Assembly (NCBI GenBank): GCA_038496445.1
Contig: JALMLS010000594.1
Coordinates: 62,001 to 126,000 of the forward strand
Reading direction: 5' to 3'
Length of the DNA stretch: 64,000 nucleotides
Origin: Trichosphaerium sp. ATCC 40318
Lineage: Eukaryota > Protista > Tubulinea
The notes under the pieces were generated by a model. The model saw only the letters and a program-made list of their open reading frames with translations, was not told where the DNA came from and searched no databases. This document shows positions 40,129 to 53,279 of the stretch, piece after piece. The first letter of the stretch is position 1. The number at the start of each line of letters is the position of its first letter. A program made the translations under genes and the position numbers.

Positions 40129-42247
40129 TTAAGCACGTGCTTCATTCGATTTTCCTGAAATCAGCCTGTAAGGCGGTGCTAATCCGCGGTTGTTGGCCAT
40201 CTAGGGTAGTAAGTTCAAAGGGTTTGTGTAAACCAAAACACGGACTTGTAGTAATCTAACCATTCGGCCAAAATTTGAGTGATATGTGCCAACAAACATA
40301 TTACATTCACCTGCAATTAAAAGTGCTGCGAATGTCGCTAAACTAGATTCCTTTGAGTCACCAGCATTAGTTTTATGACCATCTAAATTCAGGGTACACA
40401 GTCAGTTGATAAACTCTACTGAGTTAAAAATAATTTTGTACCATTCCATAAATATTTTGGATCAGCGTGCAACCAGTTCCATTCTGGAAAGTCCAATGTT
40501 TGGTTTATTATAACTCTTGACGCCTATCAACAAATATCAATATGTAGAATCGAATCAGAATGAGCTTATGACATACTGTGAGCAAGTAAGTGTTTTTTAT
40601 TACTAAGGTACTTCAATAATTTTTTTGAACTATATTTAGGCTGTTTTGATATGTTACGGTATATGTGCTGTTGTGAGGCCATCTAAGAAATGAATTCAAT
40701 TTAGGTCGTTTGTTAACGGAATTACTGTTTTCTGTAATTGAAGCCACGTGGTGTGTTTCACGTTTTAAAGCGTACTTTTTTTGTATCCCACAAAACAGAA
40801 GTGTTACATAACTTCTTGTTGAATACTGGTGCAAAGTAACAATCAAATTCTCGTCTTTTACAAAACGTCTCATTCCAGTGCTAATGTAAATTCTTAGTTT
40901 TTTCGGATTTTTTTGAGTAGTACGGTTCAAGCTACGTACATCCCAAGTAGTTGCAACAGGTAATAAAACAAACGTATAATTTAATTTCAATGCTATATGA
41001 AAAGCGTTTGTTGTGAAAGACATCTCACATCCAAGACCACAGCTTCTATAAACAATAATAATACATTTCGATATAAAAAACAATTGTGGTCACCCAATCT
41101 TGTTTGTTTTGTCTTATTTAGAGATCTTACCTTGTAGGTGGGGAGAATAACATGACTCTATTCTGGGGATCATTGCAGTCTCTATTTTGAGCCCCTGGCA
41201 ACAGCCTAATTTGAAGAAAGTTCAACATAAATACAAAACAAGAAAAAAACAAAAAAGAACTTACGAATATACTCTGTTAAAGAACTCAGAAGATTCCTTA
41301 ACATTTACACAACGTGGGTGTAAGTAATCCCACTGTGCATTATATGTAGATTCTGGATGAGACACTCCAATTTCTTCCATATCCTCTCTGCAATATCTTC
41401 CTTCAACATGTGGGATAATACTCTATGAACAAAATAATGTTAAGTCACTCCTCTAGTTCAACGTACTGGTCCTATCGTGACTTCTACATCATGAGATTCT
41501 GTAGACACGTTGGTAGTACAGGTGAATTAGTTAATTAGTGGTGGAGTATGGTGTTGTAGGCGTGTCAGGATAAGCAGGAACAGGCGCGTTTGTTGGTGAC
41601 ACAGTTGGTGGAGGTACAGGTGAATTAGTAGGAGATTCAGTAGGTGGTGGTACTGGTGCATTGGTTGGTGACGCTGTAGGTGTTGATGTTGGCGCATTTG
41701 TTGGTGCTTTGGGACCTGGTACAGGCGCATTTGTAGGTGGAAGTGTTGGTGGCGGTACTGGATAGTTTGTTGGTGACGCTGTCTGTGTTGGTGGTGCTGT
41801 AGGTACGGGAACAGGTGCATTAGTTGGTGATGCAGTTGGTGGTGGTACTGGATAATTGGTGGGAGATTCATAATGTGCATTCGTTGGTGACAATGTAGGA
41901 TGAACGTCAGGAACTTCATCCACGTGTGCAAGGTTATTGGTTTCGGGTACCTCTTCCTATTTTGCTTTAGTCACAAGGAACGACTGTTTTTTTATGGTCT
42001 AATATAAATAGCGTACTGAGTCTGTATCGAGGGGGCTTATTACAGTCACGTGATTTTGAGAAACGAAAAAGAAGATACGTATCAACGCTATTGAAACAAA
42101 CCCACAAACAACAATAAGTTGATTCCTAGACAATGTACCGCCACAATAACGCGTTGGCTTATCTATTGTAAAATAATTATGTATTGGACAAGAAACTGTC
42201 CTAAAAGACAAGATCTTACGCTCTCTACGCTTCACAAACTCTCGCAT
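40129..42247 (-). pseudogene. FUT8/GT23-like copy 2, pseudogene
   Basis: A ~470-bp deletion (junction ~40587, TTA microhomology, equivalent to 18586-19056) removes VHVRRGD and shifts the frame. The stalk exon is also disrupted near 41530. Confidence 0.88.
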
Positions 42248-43602
42248 ATTATCTCAGAACGTGTTTAGATATCTAAAGTGGAAATAAGCCGAAATGTCTA
42301 TAGAAACATTGGTTGTAGATACGTTTAACTTGTTGTCAAATGTTACAGCTTTTGGTGCAACCAAGGGCTAAATCTCACACGTGATTGCGTCTAAGAAGGT
42401 ACAATATTGCCTTAAATTGAGTTCAATCAAGCGTATTGGGATACTTCTTCTTTCAGTGGTAGAGGGTTAGGTTTTAACAAACAGGCTTTATAAGTTCATT
42501 GAAGGAAACTTAAAAGATGTAAGTACACGTCCAGGGATCTTGACTTTTCGGTTCCAACCCGGTTAGCCGTTTAGGTTCTCAAGTTTAACATATATCAATA
42601 GTTTCAAACGATTGTAGTTTGACAAAGTGACAACATTTAAATGTCAGAAATCCTCATTTTTCTGATGGCTCATTTTACCCCTTTAGGCAGTCTTGATATT
42701 GTCATAGCTCAACAATTTTCTCCATAACAATGACATAAATACACCACCTCTGAGGCATCCAATATATGAATAATTTCAACGTAAAGAAAAATAATATGCT
42801 CGAGGAGCCAGTTGATAGTAGCAATGAATGCCATATTTAGCGTCAAAGTAAGTGCTAGAAAACTCAATATGTGCTGAGTGCGCAACGTGTTAGAGAACTC
42901 CTGGTTTGAACTAATTGAAATGAGTGGTGTACTACACCGCACCTTGTTCATTTGTATGTTCACTCTATCAGTTTTACCACAATACATTGACAAGATCTTA
43001 CTCTGGAACCATTTCCACCTGGGGTTGATTAATAAGAAAATTACAGCGTTCTAACCAAGGCGGTTCATGTATCCAAAGCGTTTAATAATCACGTGTAACA
43101 ACACGTTTCGGATAAAATATGGCTATGTATTATACATATTAGAAGCGACTTGTTAGAAAATTCAACCTGGGTTTTCTTTTCACGTGCAATTTTTTTTACC
43201 ATCTGTTTCATTTCTTTCTAAATAATACCTTAGCGTTTGTGGTAGTCTTTTGTGGTGTGGTTATATGGTATGGTAACATTAACTAGTGTATAATGCCTGC
43301 GTAATCATAGCCACCGATAAATCACACCATGCCTATTTTTTCATTGGTTCAATGAACCTTTACGCCTGGTTTAAACCTAGCCCTCTCCTGCTGAAAGCGC
43401 TATCCCAGTACGTTTGAGTACACTCAAGTTAAGGCAATACTATACCTTTGCTTAGACGCGATCACGTGTGAGATTTAACCGCGGAACAAACGCTGATTTT
43501 ATCAATTTGATCAAAACTGTTCAAGGTAAACACTAACCACTCTTTCTAGACAAGATTTTAGCTTATTTCCACTTTAGATATCTAAACACGTTCTGAGATA
43601 AT

Positions 43603-46243
43603 ATGCGAGAGTTTGTGAAGCGTAGAGAGCGTAAGATCTTGTCTTTTAGGACAGTTTCTTGTCCAATACATAATTATTTTATTAATTCGCTTACAATAGA
43701 TAAGCCAACACGTTATTGTGGCGGTACATTATCTAGGAATCAACTTATTGTTGTTTGTGGGTTTGTTTCAATAGCATTGATACGTATCTACTTTTTTGTT
43801 TCTCAAAATCACGTGACTGTAATAAGCCTCCTCGATACAGACTCAGTACGTGATTTGTATGAGCACAAAAAAATATCATTTGTTATGCCTAAGCAAAATA
43901 GGAAGAGGTACCCGAAACCAATAAACTTGTACACGTGGAAGAAGGTCCTGACGTTCAACCTACATTGTCACCAACGAATGCACCTTATGTAGCGCCCACC
44001 AACTATCCAGTACCACCGCCAACTGCATCACCAACTAATGCACCTGTTCCCGTACCTACAGCACCACCAACACAGACAGCGTCACCAACTAACTATCCAG
44101 TACCGCCGCCAACACTTCCACCTACAAATGCGCCTGTACCAGGTCCCAAGCACCAACAAATGCGCCGACATCAACACCTACAGCGTCACCAACCAATGCA
44201 CCAGTACCACCACCTACTGAATCGCCGACAAATTACATAGCAGAAACACAAACACCAACTAAAGCTCCTATTCCTGCTTATCCTGACACGCCTACAAATG
44301 CACCAATACCTCCACCTACTGAATCTCCTACTAATTCACCTGTACCTCCACCAACTGTGTCACCAACAAACGCGCCTGTTCCTGAATCTACAGAATCTCA
44401 TGATGTAGAAGTCACGATAGGACCAGTACGTTGAACTAGAGGAGTGACCTTAACATTATTTTGTTCATAGAGTATTATCCCACATGTTGAAGGAAGATAT
44501 TGCAGAGAAGATATGGAAGAAATTGGAGTGTCTCATCCAGAATCTACATATAATGGGCAGTGGGATTACTTACACCCACGTTGTGTAAATGTTAAGAAAT
44601 CTTCTGAGTTCTTTAACAGAGTATATTCGTAAGTTCTTTTTTGTTTTTTTCTTGTTTTGTATTTATGTTGAACTTTCTTAAAATTAGGCTGTTGCCACGG
44701 GCACAAAATAGAGACTGTAATGATCCCCAGAATAGAGTCATGTTATTCTACCCACCTACAATGTAAGATTTTTAGACCGAAACAAAACAGAGATTTGGTG
44801 ATACAATTTGTTTTAAATCCAAAACAATTTTTTCATAAAGTTTCTAGAGGTTGTGGTATGGGATGTGAGATGTATTTTTCAGCAAATGCCTTCCATGTAG
44901 CAATGAAATTAAATTACACATTTGTCTTATTACCTCTTGAGACTTATTGGGACGTACGTAACTTCAAGACCTTACCACTCAAAACCTTTTCATAAAATCC
45001 GAAAAAACTAAGAATTTACAAGCACTGGAATGCGACGTTTTGTACAAGACGAGAATTTGATTGTTTCTTTGAACCAGTATTCAACAAGAAATTATGTAAC
45101 ACTTCTGTTTTGTGGGATACAAACAAAGTACGCTTTAAAACGGTTAAGATAACCCACGTGCTTCAATTTTAGAATTACTGTACATAGTATTCCATAACAA
45201 AACGGCCTAAGTTTGAATTCATTGATTTCTTAGATGGTCTCACGGCAGCCAAATGTATTCCTGAACATGTCAAAAGGATTTAACTATGATGCAGAAACAC
45301 TCCTTCGTTATCTTAGTGATAAACCACGGATAATTCTTGATCCAACTTATGTACAAGTATGTATTTGGTTTTTTTTCAGTTATTTAATGTATTAGCGTCC
45401 TATTGCTACTGCAGGACTGTTCAGATTACCCAGTGAACATGCAAGGTATTTAAAATATTGCTGACATAAAGTAAACAATAAAATAATAAAAAACAACTTT
45501 AGGTTTAGGGCAGCTATGCTCAAGTACTTGCTAAGACCTGGACCTGAATTGAGAGATTTTATTTCACAAGAAAAAAAAAGATTGAAGTTTGATGAGTTTT
45601 CAAAGGAACCTATCATAGTTGTTCATGTTCGTCGTGGTGATTCGTACTATAATGAAGGGAGAAAAATGCTTAATCTCAGTGGTACGAAAACTCGCTTTTA
45701 AGTACAGCCTTGTGCTAACGGCCGACAAAGATTACATGCCATATGTAGAAAAGTTACGTGATATTTACCAAGCGAAGACAATTTACTTGCTCACAGTATG
45801 TCATAAGCTTATTCTGATTCAATTCTACATATTGATATTTGTTGATAGGCGTCAAAATTTATAATAAACCAAACATCGGACTTTCCAGAATGGAACTGGT
45901 TGCACGCTGATCCAAAATATTTATGGAATGGTACAAAATTATTTTTATCTCAGTAGAGTTTATCAACTGATTGTGTACCCTGAATTTAGATGGTCACAAA
46001 ACTGGTGATGGTGACTCAAAGGAATCTAGTTTAGCGACATTCGCAGCACTTTTAATTGCAGGTGAATGTAATATGTTTGTTGGCACGCATCACTCAAATT
46101 TTGGAGAAATAGTTAGATTACTACAAGTGCGCATTTTAGTCTACACAAACCCTTTGAACTTACTACCCTAGATGGGCAACAACCGTGGATTAGCATCACC
46201 CCACAGATTGATTTCAGGAAATGTGTTCGAATCACGTGCTTAA
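43603..46243 (+). pseudogene. FUT8/GT23-like copy 3; single 1-bp frameshift in the stalk (pseudogene or homopolymer sequencing error)
   Basis: CCCAAG at 44145-44150 versus CCCAAAG in both paralogs. Catalytic motifs CGMGCEM, VHVRRGDS and VGTHHSNFG are otherwise intact. Confidence 0.7.
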
Positions 46244-46431
46244 TAAATGTAATTCCACGTAAAAGAATTGTGCTTCGCTGCTTTATTTGTCATTGTCCAA
46301 AAAAGCTTGCAAGTTAGTTAAAGTACACTGAAAAACTAAGCCATACCTAACCCTCAAACCAAGTGCTCGAAACATTAGCGCTGAGTTCAAGAGAAGCGCT
46401 TGAATTTTTATTCTACAAGTTTAACTTTTTC

Positions 46432-47457
46432 CTATGGAAAGAGTGGTACATCGTTTCCACAGATTGAGCATGTACACCCATTAGTCGTTGGTATACACCC
46501 AAGAAGAGGCTCCGAGAATCCAGACGAAACAAGGCCAGAGATACAATCTGGCTCGGCACTACACGTGACAGGATTTTCTTGCTGACATCTGTTATCTGTT
46601 ATTGCTGGAATATCAACTGCTTGACACAGGCATCTTGTAACCTGAAGGCCTAGATGTGAAGCAGGTTAGCTAGTGAAAAGTGCAAAACCTTGCATACCAA
46701 AAGGAAGTTGCTGTACAACGCGAACACACTCGGTCGCAGAAACACTGTTGCTTCTTGCAGAACAATGATTATCAATACAAGAATCTGTAGCTTCGTCATA
46801 AGTACAGCACTCCTACGATCAAATTAGCCTTTTTCCGTATGGTCAACTGGTCTTACGCCTTCAACAGGTGTTGGTGCTTCGGTTGGTTGTATAGGGTTAC
46901 AACAACAACAGGCACACCTGGCAGTTGCTTCTGTAACACTACCGGTTCGACAGCAGCTTACATTAAAGCTCTCTGTAGAAACCTTACATTCTTCAGTATT
47001 ACTTTGTGCATATCCTAGAGCAACACACTTCCTACGTACACAATCAAACTACTAATAGGTCGATAAAGACTTACGCTTCACAGTTCGTTGCAGCTTGAAT
47101 TCTTGCTGTATTTACAGCATTGCGTTCGAAACAGTTTGTAGCAACAACACTATCTGAAATAGCTGGTACTCTGCATTCTAGCGGCAAAGGTGCTTCTGTT
47201 GGTATTGGTCCTGGTATACAGGTACATGGACAATCATCTGATTCTGAGCCACATTGAGGTATCCTATTTCCAGGGCACAAATCTACACGAACATAGCAAC
47301 GTCCAGTATCATCATCAATGTCGCACGTGCACTGATTTCATACAGTTAGCATGGTTTTGTTGCTGAGCATAAATAGTTAGGTTTTAAAGACAAGACGTAC
47401 AGTACAATTGCATAATGTTAACATGGCAAGCGCTAAACATAAAATCGTGGTGTACAT
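46432..47457 (-). CDS. Secreted cysteine-rich protein with PTEAP linkers, 4 introns
   Basis: Signal peptide MYTTILCLALAMLTLCNCT; Cys-dense exons (QCTCD..CPCTC, CCSRIC..CACCCC, ECCTY..) separated by IPTEAP/QPTEAPTP; ends CTCSICGNDVPLFP*. Confidence 0.8.
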
Positions 47458-47932
47458 CGTTGGAGCTGTTTTCTTTTGCGGATTTTCTTTGATTAGTTTT
47501 CACGTGAAATCAAAGAAAAGGCGTTTGCAGAACTTCCCCAAATAAATTTTCAAGAAACTCGTAAGGACGGCAACGCAGCCTGGTTCAGCAAACGCTCAGC
47601 TGAACAGTCGGAACAACACTGACTATTTAGTGAACTAGCCGTCTGCGTCTTACTATGTTATAGGGTAAAACTGTACTACATAATGCCTAAGAATACGACA
47701 CGATACAACCGAGGAAGATTGAAGTTAAAGTCTTTTCTTCCAACACATGAGTCTAAGTTCAGCACGGAAAAATGTATTAAGTGCGCTCCTACCCTTATTA
47801 CTGAAGTTCATACAAGTAGCCTATCATTGCTGACTTTTGTGGTATAGGACGCGTTATCTTTTAGTATAATTATTATATTTGATAGGTTAGTTGCTGGGCA
47901 AAAAAGTGGTTTATTGAATACAAAAGAACAAT

Positions 47933-48775
47933 CTATCTATTAAGATAGTATCCAGCTTGTGCACGTCTTTGCATATGACCCTCGCACACTTTATCCTTCC
48001 AAATACCAGGTAACTCTTTTTCGCAGCACGTGGCACAAAATATGCATTCATCCTGGCCACAATCTTCACAATAATACTGACAACTTTCGCATATTATATC
48101 ATAACAATACTCACACTTCTGAGTGCACTTTTCACATAAGTATACTTCACAATTGTTACCTGTACAGTAGCCGCCAATATCTGTATCGTAAGCTTCCCTA
48201 CAATCAGGACAGTATGGCTTGTTACATTCTTTGCAATGTATGATACATTCAACACAATAGTCGTCGTAATTTTCTTCATGTTCTTGTACTTTTGAACAGT
48301 AGTCTTTAGGTAGAGATGTCTTATCAAATACTGTTGAACATTGAAAGCAAGTTGTGAGGTTTTCTGATTTTTTTTGAGACGATGATGATAACATGAATGA
48401 TTTTGACATTTCTGATTTTTCTTTACTTTGTTTTGAAGTCAATTCATTTCTTTGTTTGGCATGGTTTTCTTGTATTTTAATTAACTGTTCTTTATGCTTC
48501 TCTTTTAGCTTACGTAGTTGTTCTTCTTGTCGAGTTCTGAGCCGTTGTTGTTGTTTTGTAAATTTCGCTTCTAACTTGTCTTTGTTTTTGTTGTATTTAT
48601 CTAACAACGCTTTTGTGTTATCTTTCGGAGCTCTACGACGCTTTTTACTCTGGGTTTGCGTGGCTGGCGCTCTTTGCGCTGTTCTCTTTCTCTTTGGGTA
48701 ACGAGAGCTCATACTAGTTGTTAGTTTCGAGTAGTTTTCGCGGTTCTTAGGTTTCAAGTGTTTTCTTGCTCCCAT
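47933..48775 (-). CDS. Intronless protein with a basic NLS-like N-terminus, coiled coil and C-terminal CxxC zinc-finger-like array
   Basis: PKRKR and KKRRR; K/Q/E-rich helix; more than 10 CxxC pairs. True start may be the ATG at 48712. Confidence 0.75.
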   Translation of the reverse strand: MGARKHLKPKNRENYSKLTTSMSSRYPKRKRTAQRAPATQTQSKKRRRAPKDNTKALLDKYNKNKDKLEAKFTKQQQRLRTRQEEQLRKLKEKHKEQLIKIQENHAKQRNELTSKQSKEKSEMSKSFMLSSSSQKKSENLTTCFQCSTVFDKTSLPKDYCSKVQEHEENYDDYCVECIIHCKECNKPYCPDCREAYDTDIGGYCTGNNCEVYLCEKCTQKCEYCYDIICESCQYYCEDCGQDECIFCATCCEKELPGIWKDKVCEGHMQRRAQAGYYLNR

Positions 48776-49187
48776 TTCAATTTAGCAATTATTTTCGATG
48801 AGCACGTGCCTTCAAACAAAAGTGCGTACTAAACGGTTCTAATGTAAACCACCTTGTTTACGCTAAACTAGTTTGTGTTCAGTTTATACTGCTGACAGAC
48901 TACCGCGTCGACAGAAAGATAATTTCTGAATACAGTTAAGTTACCCTCCTGTACAACCACGCGTGTTTAAAGCTTGATGGTACCAATTGTCAGATATAAA
49001 ATCTCAAGTTCGTTAAAATCAGAAGCCAATAACGTTTAGATTGCTTGTACGTATTAAACATAAGTTAAAAATGCGTAAGAGGTGTATCTAATTATTTTCC
49101 GCTTCGGCTTAGCTGCCACAACTTTGTTTCTTTTTTTTACTGGCGTTAAGTTTACTTGTACTCTAACCGCTACTTTTTATACACATC

Positions 49188-50782
49188 ATGTCCACAGAGA
49201 AACTCTTTATTAGTACGTAGACGCATTGTAAAAGCGCTTTACGTATTGTGAACTCAACATTAAATTACTAGGCATATCAGGCCTTATTGGCGCAGGTAAA
49301 ACAACGCTTGCCACAGAATTAGGCAAACTGATGAGTATGTTACTTAGTTTTGTACTGGTATTCTACTCGTCTCTAAAACTATCGTAGAATTACCTGTATT
49401 CTACGAGGAAGTGATAGACAACAAGTATTTGCAAGACTTTTACAGAGGTAATTCAAGAATTATAAAACAACCAAAAAACGAGTTAAATACGCTCTCTACG
49501 CGTACAAAAGACCGTTGGGCAGCGTAATATCCGTTTTAGTATTTTTTGCAAACAAAATTAACATTATGTGCTAACGAGCTCTAGATATGCAACGATACTC
49601 GTTTCCACTCCAGGTACACTACCAAAAAGTAATTGAGCCGAAAAGAGTCTTAAACGTTACACTATAGATTTATTTGCTCAACAAACGCTTCAGACAACAC
49701 CAACAAATCATATGGGCCGGACAAGGAGGCGTGCAGGTCTGTAAATAGCCATAATTTGCCCAAAATGGTTTCTAACATGCACGTAGGATAGAACTATCTA
49801 CGAAGACTCTATATTCGCTAAGGTACGCTTGTCTCAGAAAAAAAAGGAAAAAAAAAAGAGAAAACCTTGTCTGATAGCGAGGTCGGTTCTTTCCTTTTGG
49901 GTTTTTTTTGTTAACTTCATAATGGTTCAACCTGTCACTAATGTGATTGTTTCTCTTTTGTTAGTACTTAGTTAACCGATTTATAGATGTTACGTGATAG
50001 TGGCTTAATGGAGCCACGTGAGTATGCAACATATACTGAATTATTCAGTAATATGTCTTGTTTTATGAGAAAACCAAATCTTATTGTACACTTGGATGTC
50101 ACACCAGAACAAAGTCTAGCACGGATTAAAAAGAGGTACATTAATACTAATATTTCGCTTAAAATGAATAAACTCCTTGCTCTCTGTACCACAAAAATCA
50201 AAAAACGATTTTTTTTTAGTTTCCTTTGTATTCTCATATTTTTCTTGTTACGTTCTTTTGTTCTGTGACTATGTACGTATTATTAACAACGCTACAATAG
50301 AGGTCGTGAATTTGAATCAAGTGTTGATCTAGCATACCTAAAAAAACTACACACTGCTTATGAAAAATGGTTGAAAACAATAAGCAAAGTAATTCCTGTA
50401 ATAAAAGTAAACTGGAACGAATTTAGGTCATCAGAGGTATGTATTACAATTTACGAGCAATCAATCAAAAGCACAACATTAATAGCAAGCATCCAATCAC
50501 ACATTTCAAAAATAATCTATTTAGTCAGTGATGATGACTTCCGTCTTGCACTTCCGGTTTTTTTCCGATTTTTTTTGTTACTTTCGTAAACACGTGTCCT
50601 TGTGCTGTTACACAGCAACTTGGATATTTTATGTATTAAACAGACAGTGTTATAATATATTGATTGTATACTAGGAGATGGCAACAATGATTAAAACAAA
50701 GTGGGAACAAATGAATAACTTGGTAGTTGTAGATTTTTCAAAGAAAAATGCATCAGATGAAGATGAATCTGATGAAGAATAA
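49188..50782 (+). CDS. Deoxynucleoside kinase (dNK family, dAK/dGK-like), multi-exon
   Basis: P-loop ISGLIGAGKTT, FYE, YSFPLQIYLL, QDRTIYED.IFA, PNLIVHLDV, RIKKRGREFE, YLKKLHTAY. Confidence 0.95.
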
Positions 50783-51287
50783 ACTACTAATTATTTATCT
50801 CTACTAGCGTATAACACCTTCATTTGTACATTCCTTCCATTGAGCATAACATAGAGCCAAGCAACTACCAATCAAGAAGCTGTACACTAAACAAGTCAAG
50901 ACAAAAGTTTATTGTTTTGATACGTTCGCACAACCTTAGCTCTCGTGGCTGCTATCAGCCAGTCATTCAAAGGAGGTATCTACGACGAAAGCCATGCTAC
51001 TTTTACTGTTTGAAATAGTTTAACAAACGTCACTGGTACATGTTTGCAGATGTGCTCGAATGACTGAATGAATGTTTTGTTTGTTAAGTCTATAGCTACA
51101 TTTAAGACTCATAATTTTGGGAAACTGTTTTAAAGTCAGGAGCGCATCGACATGGCCAGTATTCAAGGAATCGGCCTCATCATTCAACCGAGTGACAGAT
51201 GAGCTTCTTATCATTCTGTTTAAGTCAATGTGAGAATGAGATATAAGCCAACAGATTTTTTGTCAAAAATAGACTAGTCGTAAAACA

Positions 51288-52844
51288 ATGGCAGCAAAAC
51301 GCCACCCTACTATTACCCCTATTTCAACTCTACCTCGTGAAATAACAGCAGAGGTTCTAAAACGCGTTGAAGACGTCAAACAAAGAAACTCGACTTCTTT
51401 ATGTTGTAAACTATTCCTAAGTATCATACGTAACGAGATTGGCCTTGGGAAAGTGTATGCGTACAATGACAACATCAGACAGATCGCAAAACATAAAAAT
51501 CTGTTGAGAAACACCAAAGTGATTGTTTGCAAGGAAGTAGACGTAAACCTTGTACGAGAGCTTGCTGGCGTCAAAACAATAGAACTCTACAACCTAATCA
51601 CGGACGATATTCTTAGATCTTTGGTGGGCGTTTCTACGTTTCAGGCTAGAGACGCTAGAGAACTCACTGACGCAGGATTAGCTCATCTGAAGGGTGTTAA
51701 GAACGTAGATTTCAATCTCCTCGAAAAAGCAACAAGCGCCGGATTCAAGCATCTAGCAGGAGCCACTGAAGTGGGAATAGCCACCTCAAACGTTAACGAC
51801 GATTGCTTGGCTGTATTCAAAGGAGTTAAGATTCTGACGCTTTGGAACTTGGGAGATGTCACAAATGAAGCCTTTAAAGCGTTCAAAGGCGTAGAACAGT
51901 TTCGCATGAGATACGTAAACCAAATCACAGACGAAGGCCTCAAACACCTTGCTGGTGCTCGTATTGTGGACGTAAGCGAAGTTTTCATGTTCACAGACGC
52001 CAGTATATCCCTTTTCAAGGGCGTAGAGTGCATTAAACTCCAACACGTTCCGATTTCGGATCTTTCTCTACGCGCTCTTTCTGGTGTACGAGAAATAAAT
52101 CTTACGGGCAATGTCTTTATCACAGACAACGGTTTAAAGTCATTGGCGGGAGTTGAAAAGATAAATCTCGATTCTTGTTTCAGAATTAGCAACAAAGGCG
52201 TTAAATTCTTGGCTGGTGTCCGTAGTATAACACTAGACAACTGTGAGCATATTACTGACGAAGCATTTATAGCTTTGGGAGGCGCAGAGGTGATTTCGTT
52301 TGACAGGACCAGTATTAGCGATAGAGGCCTTAAATCATTCTCTACAGCTAAGAGAGTATCTCTTAGTGGATGTAAGAACATTACAGATGACGGTTTAAGG
52401 TATCTCAAAGACGTCGAGAAGATTAACCTCAGCGACTGCTGCCAAATCTCTGATAGAGGTGTTATGTTCATCTCAGGTGCAAGAGATGTTAATATATCAA
52501 AGTGTACTCGTGTCACCGATAAAGGTGCTATGGCTTTGAAGGGAGTAGAGCGTGTTGATGTAAGCTGGTTGATTCAGATAACTGATAAAAGTATTTGTTC
52601 TTTTGCTGGTGCAAAAGATGTTCGTTTTGAAAATTGTCCTCTTATTACTGATAGAGGTATTTCTTCTTTGGCTGGTACAGCCATAAAAGTTTATGCTCGT
52701 GGTTGTCGTCGTATTACTGATAAAGGTATTGAACCGTTTATTGGTACTTGTATACGTGAGTTGAAGTTCCCTAAATTTATTTCTGTTGAACTTGTAGCAA
52801 AGTTACGTAAATCTGGTGTTAACAAGTTCCCTTTCTGGTGTTAG
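51288..52844 (+). CDS. Intronless F-box + leucine-rich-repeat protein
   Basis: F-box ISTLPREITAEVL..SLCCKLF; ~16 LRRs of type LAGVEKINLDSC..ITD.GL; uninterrupted 518-aa ORF. Confidence 0.92.
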   Translation: MAAKRHPTITPISTLPREITAEVLKRVEDVKQRNSTSLCCKLFLSIIRNEIGLGKVYAYNDNIRQIAKHKNLLRNTKVIVCKEVDVNLVRELAGVKTIELYNLITDDILRSLVGVSTFQARDARELTDAGLAHLKGVKNVDFNLLEKATSAGFKHLAGATEVGIATSNVNDDCLAVFKGVKILTLWNLGDVTNEAFKAFKGVEQFRMRYVNQITDEGLKHLAGARIVDVSEVFMFTDASISLFKGVECIKLQHVPISDLSLRALSGVREINLTGNVFITDNGLKSLAGVEKINLDSCFRISNKGVKFLAGVRSITLDNCEHITDEAFIALGGAEVISFDRTSISDRGLKSFSTAKRVSLSGCKNITDDGLRYLKDVEKINLSDCCQISDRGVMFISGARDVNISKCTRVTDKGAMALKGVERVDVSWLIQITDKSICSFAGAKDVRFENCPLITDRGISSLAGTAIKVYARGCRRITDKGIEPFIGTCIRELKFPKFISVELVAKLRKSGVNKFPFWC

Positions 52845-53279
52845 ATTATTGTAATTTAAATAAAACACGATTTCTTTTCTTTGTGTCGAGTCCTTTTTTT
52901 GTCTTGAAGTGTTTTAGATGGTATTGAAAACGGAGAATGGAAGATGTGCGTAAAATGGACAGCTTGGAGAATGTACAATGTTCGTGATGATAAAAAACAT
53001 GGCGACCACAAGGAGTGGTAATTTCGGAAACAAAAGTCTTGATGTTTTTGGTAGAGAGTTTTATAATTATTTTGAACATGCTACATTTTTCTGAGAGTTT
53101 ATCTATTACAATAATATATAGAAAAGTAGACAACCCTTGGAGTCTTGCTACATTTTTAAGACCAAACTGTCCAAGTTCACACATTCTTTATCTATTTACT
53201 TGGTTGTTGATCTTTTTTTTTTTTCCGCTTGATGAAAACCTTGAATGGCGAACTTGCGCTTCTCTTCTATTTTTTCTAC

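Noticed and set aside
42460-43390. Possible gene in the spacer between the head-to-head FUT copies
   Set aside because: No coherent spliced ORF found.
51683-52516. 277-aa antisense ORF
   Set aside because: Antisense shadow of the LRR gene with no motifs of its own.
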